Shown here piece by piece: positions 62,934-64,000 of a stretch of 64,000 nt of DNA; positions within the stretch are counted from its first letter, which is position 1; every line of letters starts with the position of its first letter. Both the position numbers and the translations under genes were made by a program. The DNA comes from Epiperipatus broadwayi. Its lineage: Eukaryota; Animalia; Onychophora. The stretch covers positions 11,656,001 through 11,720,000 of the forward strand of contig JAQFVV010000006.1 in assembly GCA_028023455.1 (NCBI GenBank), given 5' to 3'. Under the pieces are notes generated by a model. The model saw only the letters and a program-made list of their open reading frames with translations, made no database searches and had not been told where the DNA came from.

Positions 62934-64000
62934 GTAAGTAAAAAATAGATGCATAGTCTAAATTATTTATTTAGTTTGACACCATTTTATATATAAGTTG
63001 TTATTTGAAAAAATATTTTGCAGCATTCGATATATATATATTAAACACTATACAAACAAGTAATAGTATTATCATTGCATTTACTTATATTATCTATAGA
63101 ATTTTTTTACAATACTTGAAATGGAAATGTTCACTGAAAAAAAATCAACCAATCTCTTGCTGAGTTGTTCGGTCAATAACATCATCAACAGCATTTTGTC
63201 TAGTTGAGATTCGGTCAAACATAACTCCAAAATTTCTATTTAAGTTCACTCACAACATTCAATATGATCCTAAATCATAAATGCTAATCTGGCGATAATT
63301 TAATGAAAGCTTTCTTTGTATCACTTTAATATTAATAAATAAGTTAGAGCTTTTAATCAAATTCATTTTCTTTGAAATAAACATTGAAGAAAGTAAGTGT
63401 AACTTTAGTGTTATATATATATATGAAAATAAAATATCTGTTGTAGATTAATTATTGTAATAATAATAAAAACAAAATATTAACAGTGTTAAATATCAGT
63501 AATAACCATTATAAAGTACAAAAATATTTTCAGTTATTTTCTTTATTGTTTCCAGTTGAAAAGGGTTAATGAAATTACTTCTGCACTTTATAATGATTAT
63601 TAGTAATATTTTTTATCACTGTTAATACTTTATAGGAATATACACCACCTAACACTATATTAGTAAATATAATCAGAACAATTAAAAGTACTAGCAAATT
63701 CTAAATTTATAAAAAAAAATTTTTTTTGCAATTCCAAACAAAACCAACAAATATATACATTGACATATAACTATCCGCAATTCAAAGGCAGCTGCTAATT
63801 ATTTCTAACATGAAAAAAATTAGGGATAATTAGCAGTTGTTTTTGAAATATGAATAGTTATATATGTGTTCATATTAGTTGATTTTGTCCATACTTTTCT
63901 CTTGAGAAAAACATTTCTCTTGGGGAAATGTATTCTTTAGGAACTATAGCCACCACTATCCTATTAGGCAGGATTGGTTTTAAGCCAATAAACATCACAT

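Noticed and set aside
63140-63290. Minus-strand LINE RT remnant (FGVMFDR...); similar hint at ~32200-32640
   Set aside because: Each rests on a single short motif, too weak to annotate.

Overview
AT-rich, CpG-poor eukaryotic DNA, most likely from an arthropod; the host cannot be established from the sequence alone. The whole window lies inside a neurofibromin (NF1) gene on the + strand. Ten canonical GT-AG coding exons between 28360 and 62933 splice in frame and encode the region just upstream of the GAP-related domain (GRAALQKR...DSGLMHSI). There is also a candidate 12-nt microexon at 26753-26764. I found no other NF1 exon in the first 26 kb. The introns are filled with decayed transposons: Penelope-like elements (PLEs), L1/Tx1-like, RTE-like and other LINEs, hAT, mariner, and a Gypsy-type LTR family represented by two solo LTRs and one two-LTR non-coding element. 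The most unusual content is at least four unrelated short repeat families carrying minimal type I hammerhead ribozymes (HHRs) with palindromic stem III. One copy (49461-49500, minus strand) has a fully intact core. These families recur as a slightly-more-than-one-unit tandem followed by an inverted copy, which resembles PLE pseudo-LTRs or non-LTR retrozymes and would fold NF1 pre-mRNA into many long hairpins. Nearly all ORFs in the supplied track are spurious or transposon debris. All alignments and identity values are by eye, and protein comparisons are from memory.
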